Below, in pieces: positions 1 through 12,440 of a DNA stretch of 64,000 bases. A program made the translations under genes and the position numbers. Within the stretch, counting starts at the first letter, position 1. Each line of letters begins with the position of its first letter. Source of the DNA: Cycas panzhihuaensis (Eukaryota > Plantae > Cycadophyta); assembly GCA_023213395.1 (NCBI GenBank), contig CM041465.1, positions 195,493,741 through 195,557,740 of the forward strand. Direction: 5' to 3'. The notes under the pieces are model-generated. The model saw only the letters and a program-made list of their open reading frames with translations, ran no database searches and was not told the DNA's origin.

Positions 1-843
1 CAACTAAAATTCTTCACATCCTTCCATCCTTAAATAGATGGTTAGATAAAGGTAGTTAATCCAACAGTGGTCTAAGCTCTCAGGATTTACCAATACCATA
101 ACAAACAATGGGATATTCATCCCCACCACATTTAGCATAGCTATAATAGGGCCTGATATTGATGTACAAGATATTCCTCCTTCAAGGTTTGCTATGGATT
201 CTAACCTCCAACTCCTTAAGAATTACTTGTGATATCAACTCATCTAGTCACTCAATATGAAGATAAGGAGTAGCAAAAGGATGTCAACTTCATAGATCAT
301 CTCTCTCAACTTCATAAAAATGTCTAATAAATCTTGCATCAAGTTCAACAAAACTTCAAGAAATAAGAAGATCGGCATCAGATGTAAACCACTTATTAAG
401 AAGGAGACAAGGTATGATTGTAGTTAGATAAACGAAGGTTTAACCATCATCATAAGCTTAAACTAATTTGCTTCAGGTCTTATACTATTTTATAAAAAAT
501 TGGGGCCAATACTTACTATTTGGATCTCCCCGCATATTTAGGCATTTATGATGTGGTCAATCTGAATAGCCTTAAGTGGTAGGAACCACCCAAGTTAGAA
601 GCAGTTCCCTTTATGGCTCATCCCTTAGACACCATACCAAAGTTTCAACCACCACTATAGGAAGACACTTTATTAGATATCAAAGAATGATGAACCATGC
701 AAGACACTACCACCTCATACCTCATGGACAAAAAAGGCAACCATCCTACAAGAGCAAAATGGCTCTCTGAGGCTGAGTTTTCATAGTAGTTTACGCTTTT
801 CTAGTAGAAATTTTGGGACAATTGCCTCTAAGCAGGAAGGAAA
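1..843 (+). pseudogene. Ty3/Gypsy element C, 3' end of pol (integrase C-terminus, GPY/F region, possible chromodomain remnant) and PPT
   Basis: Manual translation of ~451-560 gives HKLKLICFRSYTIL*KIGANTYYLDLPAYLGIYDVVN, matching the Gypsy integrase KL.P...GP..I....G.N.Y.LDLP....I..V.N motif. Purine tract aagcaggaagg at ~830-840. Confidence 0.75.
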
Positions 844-1142
844 TAATAAGTCCTTATTAAATCCTTAGGATTAATTCCTCTTTAAGTCCTTCGATCTCCC
901 CTTATTCTTTTATTCCTTCATTACTTTATTCTTTAAAGTATACTTAGGACTTTTAGAATAATATATCATTTTTAACAGTAAGGTGTACATAATATGCATG
1001 GACGAATGCAACCATCTCACTCATATATATGTACCTTATGAATTCTTTGGAAAAGCATTTGTTCTTGGAGTTCTTCTCGTTAGGTGTCTATATCTTGCCC
1101 TCTTGATCTCTTGCTCCCTTCTTCTCCTTTTGATGTACCACA
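844..1142 (+). repeat. Probable 3' LTR of Gypsy element C
   Basis: Starts right after the PPT (taataag, decayed TGATAAG) and ends ...gtaccaca exactly where the unrelated LTR-A-like sequence begins. The partner LTR is not in the window. Confidence 0.5.
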
Positions 1143-2366
1143 TATTAAAATGAGGAAGTCCTTAAGTAAAATGTTTTAGGTGTTGGCCTTTAATGTCTCA
1201 TTCTATTTTATGATCTCACATGGCCTTTAAAATGAGTTGTTAAAGGGTTGGTGGAGTATTAAATGAGGCCATACTTACATGTGATACTTAACCTCTCTAG
1301 AATGTCATTAGAAAGTGATATAAATTCTTATTACCTATTTAATCCTCTCAACCTAATTCATTTATGGGCTAAAAGGTAACTAATATGAGAGGCCATTGAC
1401 TTTTAAGTATAAAAAGAGAGGGCTAGCAAATGATTCTAATCTTACAGATGTTTAATCTTTTGACATTCAAATTTCATGCATAATCATCTTTGACATCCAA
1501 ATCAGATGTGTTGATCACTCTTTCATGTTGTAGGATATCCATGCCTAGGTTTTGGCTTTGTATGCTTATAAGATGCATGATTGCTTAATTGTTTGCCTTT
1601 AAGCCTATGACTATATTATAGAAAGGAGTTATGTTATGATAAAGATATGAGACTTTTCTTGGTAATGGTACAATAGTGTTTGATTATATTGTAAATGTGT
1701 GTGTTGAATATGATAGGATGCTCAAGAGACTCATGGAATTGCACTGAAAATACATTGCTCTTGGTTAAAGCTGCATATGTTATCATGGCAAGATGCTTAG
1801 GTTTATGATAAGTTGTATGATGTTATAAAAAATACCTATTAAGTTATAGTATAGTAGGATTTATGAGTCTCTTATGTGATGCATAATGGGTTCTATGCTT
1901 GTGTGATATAATTTAGAAGGGTTTAGAGACATTAAAGAGTACTCGTGTTCATTTCACATCCCTCAGCACAAGGGCATATTCTTGAAGAAAGTTTCTAGTT
2001 GGCTAGGTGGCAAATCCTTTAAGCAATATGGATTTTATTAATAAAAGATAAGTGCTTTATTTTATTTTTATGTGGATCCTTTCATGTTGTTATGTGATGG
2101 AATTTAAATGATAAATAATTATTATTTTCCTAGTTATTATGTGCATGAGTGATAGTGGATATGTTATTAGTTGCATATAGCTTCATATAGAGTACAAATG
2201 CCATAACATAACTCCTCCTTACTCACTAGCCATGTGGTCTTGCTATGAGGTTCTGTAAGCTTAGTTAATTTGGAATTTGTAAATTCATGAAGAGGGGTCA
2301 TTATACTTCGTATCACAACATATTATTTTACTCCTATTTAAGGGTAATAAGAAGCAAGATGTTGCA
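1143..2366 (+). repeat. 5'-truncated copy of the element A LTR (part of an old segmental duplication)
   Basis: Colinear with 53350-54619, e.g. gggttggtggagtattaaatgagg, aactaatatgagaggccattgactttt and gtaggatatccatgcctaggtttgg are in both. Confidence 0.9.
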
Positions 2367-4189
2367 AATCCATAGGCAGTTGTAGTATCAAATCACTCAA
2401 ACAAATCACATAGGTCCTAAACCTTAGACTTACCTAAGCTTTTATAAAATATTTAATTTAACATTTACCTTTAAAAATATATATCTTATTTTAAAAAATA
2501 ATATTTCCATTTTAATAATCAAACCTTATAACCCTTATTTGTTTATTTCTTATTTATCTTAGCACCCTCGTGTTCTCTTTCTCCCCTTTTTCTTTATTTT
2601 TTTAATCCCATTTTGCTTTCCCAATTCTACTCTATTAATAAGTGGTTAAATAGTATGAAAGTTTGTGTAAGAGACACCTACATTGCAATAAAAAATAAAA
2701 AATAAAACAAAACAAAAACAACCAAATCCCAAGATCAACTAGCCCAGGCACATTGGAAAACTAAGAAGGTTGAAGAGGTTAAAGAGCTAGAATTTGAAGA
2801 AACAAATAAATCCATAACTAAAATACAATCAACTCTAGCAGATCTTATAAAAACCATAGTGATCACCAAAGATAGAAATCATGGAAATAGCCCACTAGTA
2901 GAGTCATCATCAAGTGGAAACCCAAGTTGGTCTAAACACAACTAATGGGGGCAAACTATCTTTGAAAAGAACCTCGATGTCCCTATTTTCTCCCATATGA
3001 CACAATCAAACCTCAATAGTTCATATCTGAACTATCATTTTCCTTTAAATCCATAAACATCATCGATGATGTGAGTAAAATCAAATGTACCCAATTCCAC
3101 ACATTAAGGGCTACTTTTAAATGGGTAGACCTTTGGTGGGCAGTATAAATCACCACATACAAGCCCCTTATATGGGATAATTTTATGGTTGCCTTCTTCT
3201 AGCAACATAACAACATTAGTATTATGTCACATTTTATATAGTTCACCCAATTAAAATGAAGGGAGCAATTAATCATGGACTTTTTTAACAAGTTTTAAGG
3301 ATTAGCCCTCTAGGTTGCATAGGCCCAAAGTATCAAATAAAAAGAAATATTAGACCTCTACCTGACAAATTTATGTTAAAAAATATGACTAAAATCCTAT
3401 AATAAGAACTTGCTCAATCTTATTGATGCCAAACCCAAGGTAATTTTTATCGAACAATATGGCAAGGTTCAAAGTAAAAGATACATGGCATCAATCACAT
3501 GCTCAATTTTTTATTATTTCAACACCTAGTGGCAAAACATCACAACCCTCTCTACCACTAGGAAACCACCCACATAATTAGAGGCATAGAATTGAATAAA
3601 AGCTGTCATTTGTATAAATTCTAATGAAAATTACACTAGGGACCATAAAGCAATTTGTAAGAATACTTGCAAATAATTATGTTTAATTGAACAAGAGTAA
3701 AACTCAGCCCTAGAACAATTAGCAAACCTAGAAGACCATCAATACAAGGGAGATTACCTCTTGTAAGATGATGTTCTAGACTGAATAGACCCTTCAAAAT
3801 TTTTAATTCCTTCTATAATTACTATCAAACATCTCAACACACTTAAGATCAAAGGATTTCTCCATAAAGCACCAGTTATTTCTTTCATCAATCTTAGTAG
3901 TATTCACAACTTTATCAATACCAAAATAGGCAAGAAAATTGAGTTATTTATTAGTTCTATCTCTACAATTGAAGTACATATTTTAGGAAATTCAACCTTG
4001 AGTTATGGAGGAGAAATACATAATGTTAAAGGTCTTCATACTTACCTCAAACTTCTTCCAGCCCCATCCATTAAGGGTGTAGATGTGGTGTTATATATTT
4101 AATGGCTTTAATTGTTGGGCACCTATGGGATGAACCACAATCAATAATTTATATAGTTTTTTTAGTAAATAGATGATATTGAGTTATGG
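2367..4189 (+). pseudogene. Duplicated fragment of chromovirus B (leader, gag, protease), heavily decayed
   Basis: Colinear with 54620-~56415. Protease-like segment at ~3840-4130 (LKIKGFLHKAPVISFINLSSIHNFI...GVDVVL). Confidence 0.85.
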
Positions 4190-4612
4190 CCTTCCTTGAG
4201 AGGATGACAGAACAAATGAGGGTTTAATTGAGATTAAAAAGCATATGGAGAATCCACTTAAATATAGTTCTTTGAGAGACATTAACTGGCCTGAATTTGA
4301 ATTGTTTAACATTTGTAAAGTAATGAAGTTAGAATCCTTCAAGTTATTGGAATCTGAACCTAAGTAAAGACAACGTTAAAGTTGAAGCCAGAGAAACCTC
4401 CCACACTTTTGTCTTTATCTTTGAGGAAGAAGCTTTCTCAATGGCACTTGAAAACTATAGAGGATGTTGATAAGTTATTACTTCAAACATAAGAAAATTG
4501 AAAATTCAAACTACAACCTTGTAATTAGGTGAATATTGCTCTTATGGTACTTGTATTGAATTCTAACAAACGTTTTATTATTGAAGAAGCAATTGAAGAG
4601 AAGAATTGCAAT
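4190..4612 (+). pseudogene. Copia host element (Copia-2), integrase-RT linker fragment, left of the nested insertion
   Basis: Ends ...FIIEEAIEEKN and continues across the insertion at 30937 as (W)NNVMDIEIQAVKKNHT*NL, the typical Copia RT start. Left boundary approximate. Confidence 0.65.
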
Positions 4613-4824
4613 TATTAGAACACTCAATGAATTTTAGAAGATAATGTTTTAAAGCATTAATGAAGAGAAAGAAATTCTTATATAAATACATCATATGTAC
4701 ATAAAGAGGCCAGTGCATGTTGGCCAAGTGTTAATAATGCATTAAAGAGGAGTTGGACACATAACCCTCAACTTTACCTTAGAGAACTTTAAAATATAAA
4801 AGATAGAACATTATTTCTCTAGCA
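4613..4824 (-). repeat. Copia-1 3' LTR (212 bp)
   Basis: Aligns end to end with 30725-30936 (shared ccctcaactttacctt, agatagaacattatttctct). Confidence 0.9.
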
Positions 4825-4832
4825 CCCTTTCT

Positions 4833-7800
4833 TAATGTTTTATCTTTTATCTTCAACACCAAGGAGATGCATGAGATATTCAAATTTATCTTTTAGAAGT
4901 GTTTTTATAATAATATTAGCAAGTTGTTTTTTGTTACTATAGTATAATAGATCTATCTCTTTGGTTTATACTTTCTCTATGATGAAATGATGATGAACTT
5001 CATTGTGTTTTGTTCTAGCATACAACATTAGATTCTTTGTTAGTTTGATAATACTATGGTTATCACAAAGAACGGAGGTAGATTGGTCTTGTTTTTATTT
5101 TAAATCTTTAAGCAGCTGTCTGACCCATAGCACTTCATATATGGTACTAACAACTGCCTTATATTATCCTTCGGTGGTTGACAAGGCCATTGTGGACTAT
5201 TTCTTTCTACTCTAGGATATAACTACAAATATAAGTGAGAAGTGGTATCCTGTGGTGGACTTCCTTTCTTATTTGTCTCATGCCTAATTTGAGTCATTAT
5301 AGTCAACTAACTAAAGATTTGAAACTTGAGTATAGTTAAGACCCATTGTTTGGGTTCCTTTAATGTATCTAAGATTTCTTTTAGTAACATTCCAATGAGA
5401 TAATTTTGGATGATGTGTATATTTAGAGATAACTCCAACTAAGTATGAAATATCTAGCCTTGTAGTTGTGAGGTAGATAAGACTACATATTAATTATTTG
5501 TACAACGTTCCATCTACTAATCGTCTATCATCATTAACATTTAGAATGCATCCAGTTTCCATTGGAATAGCACAACTATTACAATCCTCCATTCTAAATT
5601 TTTGAAAGAGTCTTTTGACATATTTTGCTTAAGACATAAAAATAGAATTTTTTTGTTGACTGACTTTAATACCTAGATAATAATGAAGTAGACTCGTATC
5701 TATCATTTCAAATTGATTTTCCATTTACATCTTAAATTTTCATATTATATTGTTATTATTCCTTATAACTATCATGTCATCTACATAAACTACGATGATA
5801 ATTATTGAATTATCTTTATTTATTTTAATATAAAAACTAGGGTTTGAGTCACATCTACAAAAACTAGTTTGTTGTAGATGTTAATCTAGATTTACATACC
5901 ATACTTTGGGTGCCTATTTTAATCCATATATGGCATTTTTTAATTTGTAGATAAAATGCTTTTATCCTTCTTCACGTATATTGTTAGTTGTTGCATGTAC
6001 ACTTTTTCGGTGAAATCACCATTCAAGAAGGCACTTTTGACATCAAGTTGTATGATATTTCATTTGAATTGGACTGCCATGGCTGTGACTATTTGCATAG
6101 TAATCATTTTAGCTACTGATGAAAATGTTTTCTTATAATCAATTCTTTCTATTTGAGTATAATCTTTAGCAACCAATCTTGTCTTGTATCTTTCAACTAT
6201 ATCATCAGATATTTCTTTTATTTTGTATGCTTACTTGCACCTAACGATGGGTTTATTTGTGAGAGTATTCACTAATTCCTAGGTCTTATTCTTTTTTATG
6301 GTATTGATTTCTACATTAATGGTTGCATGCCATTCTGGATGACCACATGCTTCTGAATAATTTTGTAGTTTAATAGAGTACATTAAACTTTGGTGTACTT
6401 GTGACCTAGTTCTTTGTTTAAATATATTACCTTTTAATTCTTCAAGAGTTTTGATCTGGCACTTGGGTAACCTTTCTAAAGGTTCATGTCTACTTTTTTG
6501 AGAGGAGGTTTGTTCTTCTTCAGAATAGTTTTTCTCTTCTTTAGATAGTTGATGTTATTCTAGAATGCTTTGCTTATTTTCTTTGTAAAACTTACTATCT
6601 AATGTATCTTTTTCTACAATAGTGACTTTAGAGATTTTTTTATCTAACACATGTACCTATATATCTCTTTCAATTTGTCTGTGCACTATCATTTGCTTTT
6701 GATTTAATTATTCATCAAAAGTCACAACTCTACTAACATAGATCCTATTTATTTTTCGATCTATACATCTATATGCTTTAAATTTATTATTATATCCAAT
6801 CATAATGTATTCTTTACTTTTATCATCTAGTTTTTTTTTTTGTTCTTGTTAGTAATGTAAACATAAGCTTTACTACTAAAGATTTTAAGGTAACTTAAAT
6901 CTAGCTTTCTCCCAATCTAGGCTTCTCTAGGAGTTATTTTATCCAAAGCTTATGTAGGAGTCATGTTAATGAGGTGTATTGCTATGATAATCACTTCAGC
7001 CCAATATAACCTCGTGCCATTCCATTATTATCTTGTTCATACGTTTGCCTACTCCATTTGATTGTGGTGTATATGGAGCAGTTACCTATTTTTGTATCTC
7101 ATCTATTTTATAAAAATGATAAAAGTCATTTGAGTTGTCTTCTCCTTCTGTGTCAGATCAAAGAATTATGAGTTTATATTTATTTTCCAACTCAACCTAT
7201 GCCTTGAACTTTTTGAAGTAATCTAAGACTTATGATTTACTGAAAAGAAAATAGACCTATATTTTTCTGGATAAATCATCAATAAAGATGAGAAAATACC
7301 TTACTCTATTTATTGAGTTTGGCATTATTAGCCCATATAAATCAGTATGAACTAATTCTAATTTTATATGTGCTTTCCATGTATTTTTCTGGAATGGAAC
7401 TTAGTGCAACTTGTCTATCATATAGCCTTTCTATACAAAGGATTCAAAAAATATTCCCAGAAGACCATCCACCATATTAAAATTCTATAAGAATTCTAAT
7501 CATCTATTTGCAATGTGTCCATAGTTAGAATGCCAAATTTCATTAGTGGGGATATTAACAACAAGGGTCTTTATAGAATGAACAAGTAGAATAAGAGTTG
7601 AAATCAATTTATAGATATTATCAATTTCCACTCCTACTGCAATTATAATTCAATCATTTTTATGTCACAAATAGGATAGCTTCCATCTTTGTTAAAAATG
7701 ACTCTAAGTCCCTTTTTCTTAACTAAGATATAGGCAAAAGATTTATTTTTAGGCTAGGTACATAAAGAACTTCTCTAATGTTTTTATTTTACCATTAATT

Positions 7801-8970
7801 AAGACGGTAATAGTACATTTCCCTTTAATTTATAGAGAAACGTTATTACCAAGCTCCATAGTTTTATTTATGAAATATAGCCTTAATGTTTCAAACTATT
7901 CTTCTCTTCTAATCATATGATTTAATGCTCCGAAGTCTATATATTGGTCTTCATTTTTATCAATGTGCATAGATAGAGCTATGATAAAGGCAGTTTCTTC
8001 ATCTTCTTCTTCTACCTATTCATGGTTATAGTTTCCTTCTACTCTCTTCTCTCTCTGGATGTTAACCTACTTTGTGGATAGCAATTTGAAAAGTGTCATA
8101 TTCTTCCACAATAATAATAGTTTAGTGCATTTTACAATATACAATCATTAGCCGGGTGCCCATACCTTCCATAATGGAAACATACTCTGAATTTTCTTAG
8201 TGTAGATCTACCTCTTCCTTCTAATCCCCATGGAGTTATCCCTTATCCTTCAAGAGACCAAGATGACCTAGTTAAAATCTTGGAGCACTCTCTAATAGAT
8301 ATGTTATATCCTCTTATTGCATTTTTGGATCGTCCCCTACTTTCCTAACTTAACTTATAGAGAAATGCTTCATCAATGTTTGTTTCTTCTTCATATCTTT
8401 TATTCCTTTGTTCATGTTATAACATGTGCCCTATCAAAGTTTCAACGGATTTATTTATTATATGTCCACCTATGGCAAGTGTGTTTACCATAGTGTCAAA
8501 TGATTTTGGTAATTTATTGATAGTTAAACCAACAAGCTTAAAGTTAGTTATAGTTTTACTTGTAGAAACTAAACCATTTTGGATCTCAATTACCTTAGTT
8601 ATAAAATTTGACATGCTTTCTCCTTCTTTGAGATTAACCCTGTGCAGTTGTTTTTTGAGAGATATTATCTTTACTTCACTCTTTTGGCTATATAGTGATG
8701 CTAAATTCTCTAAGCTTCTAAAGAGGTTGAGGCAGAACCTATATGACTTAATAGGGAATCTCCTACAAACAACATAATTGTAACCAAAGCAATCATGTCT
8801 CTCTCCTCCCAATTAATCACATCCATTATATCAATGGGTTTGAACCCCTTCCCTATGACTATATCCCATGCATTTTTCACCATTAAGAGACCTTGCATTT
8901 TTAGTTTCCATATACTGTAGTTTTACCCTGTGAGTTTATCAAACTCTCTGAGGGAAAAAACTAAGGCCAT
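4833..8970 (-). pseudogene. Copia-1 gag-pol polyprotein pseudogene
   Basis: Start MALVFS...NYSIWKLKMQGLL. UBN2-type Gag in ORFs 8417-8898. Zinc knuckle CFHYGRYGHPANDC (~8140-8185). Integrase ELVHTDL...FIDDLSRK (~7260-7360). RT K.RLVAK, QLDVKSAFLNG, YVDD (~5770-6200). RNase H remnants (~4850-5250). Many stops and frameshifts. Confidence 0.9.
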
Positions 8971-9437
8971 TTTGAGTTAATATGCTATATTTGAAGGGCA
9001 AATGAAAGATAAAAGTGGCATATTATGATCAAGTCATATAATTGTATACTTATACAGATTTGTGTGAAAAAATATAACTATATAAAATAAAGAAAAAAAT
9101 GTCTCAAAATAAACTTGAGGTTTTACTATCTTTGGATATAAAAAAATCTCTTTAGATTCTTTAGAAAATGCCTTGAAAAAGTATATCTATGTGTAGATTT
9201 TTTACTAAAAAATACTTGTATCTTTTTAAAATTCTAGTGAAATCTAGCAAACTTATATGCAAATCAAAGATCTTGAAGAAACAAAGAGTTTGAGTTTAAA
9301 TTTACCCTAAAAAACTGAGAGATCTTAGAGAAATATGTAAATAAATCTTCGAATGGGAATCAACTGTAAAATTACATTCTTTTACTTAACAATGGAGAAT
9401 TTGAGTTCGATCCTTTAGAATAAATTGATCTCATCAC

Positions 9438-12237
9438 TGTTTCTCGGCTACCGGGAATGGATATGAACAGATCGACTCAGGTAAATGCAAGTATACTTCT
9501 TTCTTCTCACCTTTATTATTTTTTTGGAAACGTAGATAGAAGCATTGCCTCATTGCACGATTGACTACCACATTTGAGTGATCACCTTGCATCTATTGCT
9601 TGATCATGCTGCTTGTCATACTTTTAACCTATGACGACCTGTAGGACCTACCTTTCTGCAAGGTAGGCATCCCCATAGCACTCTATGACCCTCCGCACCA
9701 CCTCCACATCACCTCAGGCCTCACTCAACTTGTATGACCTGCTCATACCTGGATCTTGTATCCCCTCCATAGCATTTCTGGGAATCCTAACTCTTGATGT
9801 CTCATTTGGTCTAGCCCACATGTCACTCGGACTATCCCTAGCTACTTGGACAGGAGGGTCAGCCCCTCCTATGCCTATCACATCTCCTTTTAGGGCTTCC
9901 AGAACCTTGGCCATTGCTATTTTAGCATTCTGGTCTCGCACTGCTGTAAACTAAGCAGTGCCGCAAAGTTTACCGTGGTGCGACTGTTGCACTTTGTTTT
10001 TTTTATCCCCCGTGACAATTCTCACTTTTTCCGCGGAATTGCCACGTGGATAAGTAACCAACTCAGCCCTACCCGTGCCCTAATCGCTCGATTACGGTTA
10101 GGATGGGTATATATCCCAAAAAGAACCTCATTTCACATCTTCTTGGCTCTCAAACAACATATTTAACTGTTGTAATTTTGCTCTCTTCCTCCTCTTCTTC
10201 ACAGGTATGCTTGCAACACCGCATTTTCTGCCATTCTAGCCTAAGATCCACCTGCAGCAGCTCTGTCACGTGATAGGAAACTCTCCTCCAAGTATTTCCA
10301 AGCAAGATCTCCTTGTTTCTCCTTCATCTTTCGCCTAGCAAGTGCCTTCCACAGCTCTACTTTGGGAAATACCCTGCAAACCCTGCAGGACTTTCCCTCT
10401 TCCACCGGTTACAGGGGTAGATCTACCCTTAACTGAACCCAGTACGTACCCCTTACTTCATTTTTATGGTTCAGCACATACTTACTCCATTAGAGCTTAT
10501 TCAAAAGTATATGTTTCTTCCCTTTTTTGTCCTTTGGCTATAAAAAGGATTGCTCTCTTTTTTGTGTTTGTCTTTAAATACCTCAATCTCCTTCCCATTC
10601 TCTATTGGTTTTCTTCAAGAAAGTTGCGGGAGAGGGTTTACAAGGATTGGGTGAAGGGAGTAAGGTAGGATTTGTCCCATTTAGACCTACTTCCCAAGGA
10701 TAAACCCCTTCCCATCCTTCCTCTCTTGCGCCCATGCTTTCCTTAAGCTAACTAGGAGTGGGTGGAATCCAAGCTTTCACTGGATACCAGTGTACATAGC
10801 CCTTGTTGCGCTGGTTTGAGGCCTGCACACTCTCCCTTTGGGCCCTCTCTATGCCACTAACATTGTCCAGCACCCACTCAGACCTTTGGCAAAGCTTGTG
10901 TCGTGATTCGTTGCCCGTAGCGACTCTAGTACTATGTCCCGCAACATTCACCCCCATGCTTGTTCGTTGATCATAGGCTGTCACATAACCTTCATCTTGC
11001 TATATTTTGAGGCTGCCTAGAGATCCATTTATGGAGGGTTTTACCATCCTGAGGCTACCCCTTCCTTTTTGCTTGCTATGTATGGTCTTTCTTTGAGGAC
11101 GGCAGAATTGCTTTTAGCAATAGTTTTACTAATTTAAGATACAAAATTTTAGCATTTATATTATATCTTTACCTATATAGTATCTTGCATCTTGGCAACC
11201 CCTTCTTGGAAGGGAAAACCCCTTGTGGTTGTAAGGAACGTTCGTGAATGGAAAGAATGTACGACTCCGAGTAAGTCTTCACCCTTCTTTCCTCTTCCGT
11301 TTTATTCGCTTCTTTGTATATTTGTTAGCTTTCTTTGCTTTTTCCCGCTCCATTTTGTCCTTTGTATGGGGAAGGTAAGGAAGCCCCTATTTTCTGCTCT
11401 AACTTTGGTTACACACCAACTAAAGGCGAGAGGGCGTACATTGCATGCAATTGAGGTTCTCCGTTAACCATTACACTTCTTGGGTACGCATCGTCTCTCT
11501 CCTTCCACCTCATTCCTTTTCATGCTCTTATCAAGTATCTATTGCATTTGTTTGATAAGTCACACAAAGGTAAAAGGGGTAATAAACTAACTACTTACAT
11601 TTGCTTTGCATAAGTGTGTTGCGTGCTTGTTTTTATAAGAAAAGGACATAATAGGGATTGCACTCCTCCCCCCTTTTCCTACCTAGTCTGAAAGCACCCT
11701 TAGTTGCATTTCACTTAGCTTGCATGCTTGAATGCACATAAGACACTTATTCCCTTTTTTCCTCTTGGTCTTTTGTCATTGAAAAGAAAAGAGAGAGAGG
11801 GAGAGTAGCTCTTAGTCACCCTTTTTCCCATTCCTTTCCTTGATTAGATTTACCTTAGGCTAATTAGTCTAAGGGAAGCCTATCCACACTTGTCTTATGC
11901 CCTTTGCCTATAGTCCTTTATCTTACGTTCCTTCGCTATAAGAACCCCTCCTCTGAGGGTCTCTCCTCCTCCCTTCCGGCCATCCAAGGGTGGGAGAACC
12001 TTACCCTTTGGGACTATATGAGGTACCCCAGTATGTATCTCTCCTCTTGGAATCGAAAGTGAAAGATACCCGGAGGAAGTTGGGAACCATCCGCGGGTCC
12101 CGAACTCGCGCTCTAGTGCACGGACGCCCTATGTGGTGTTCTCTTCTGCTTATAGGTTTCCGCCCATACTCCAGCATTAGCTATTGACCATACCAATTCC
12201 TACTAAGCGTAGTGACCATCCCGCAGACACGATTCTA
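9438..12237 (+). repeat. LTR1 of the Tat-like element (~2.8 kb; 3' end approximate)
   Basis: Begins tgtttctc. The homologous copy begins at 21225 directly after a PPT. The 3' end is inferred from the PBS position only. Confidence 0.7.
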
Positions 12238-12238
12238 C

Positions 12239-12256
12239 TGGTGACCATACTAGGGA
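12239..12256 (+). promoter_or_regulatory. Primer-binding site, tRNA-Arg-like (copy 2 at 23994-24011)
   Basis: tggtgaccatactaggga / tggcaaccatactgggga; consensus TGGCGACCATACTGGGGA resembles the Ogre tRNA-Arg PBS TGGCGACTCCACTGGGGA. Confidence 0.65.
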
Positions 12257-12440
12257 CCTGCCAGTAAGAGAACTAGTTCCTATCTCTTCTTATTAGTGCT
12301 ACTACCTCTTAGTAGCTTTCTCCCTTTTGTCCCTTTCGTTGGGCAGCCCCCAACGCATACTTTGCATTCTTCTTTCTCTTTTAACACATTGGCGAGTTTT
12401 GTATACGACGCTTCTCACGTCGCCTACAAGGTTTACCCTC

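Noticed and set aside
12383-12400. Alternative LTR end/PBS (aacaca-ttggcgag)
   Set aside because: Shorter tRNA-like match and mutated in copy 2 (ttgacgag); the 12239 site matches an Arg-type PBS over ~18 nt. Not fully excluded.
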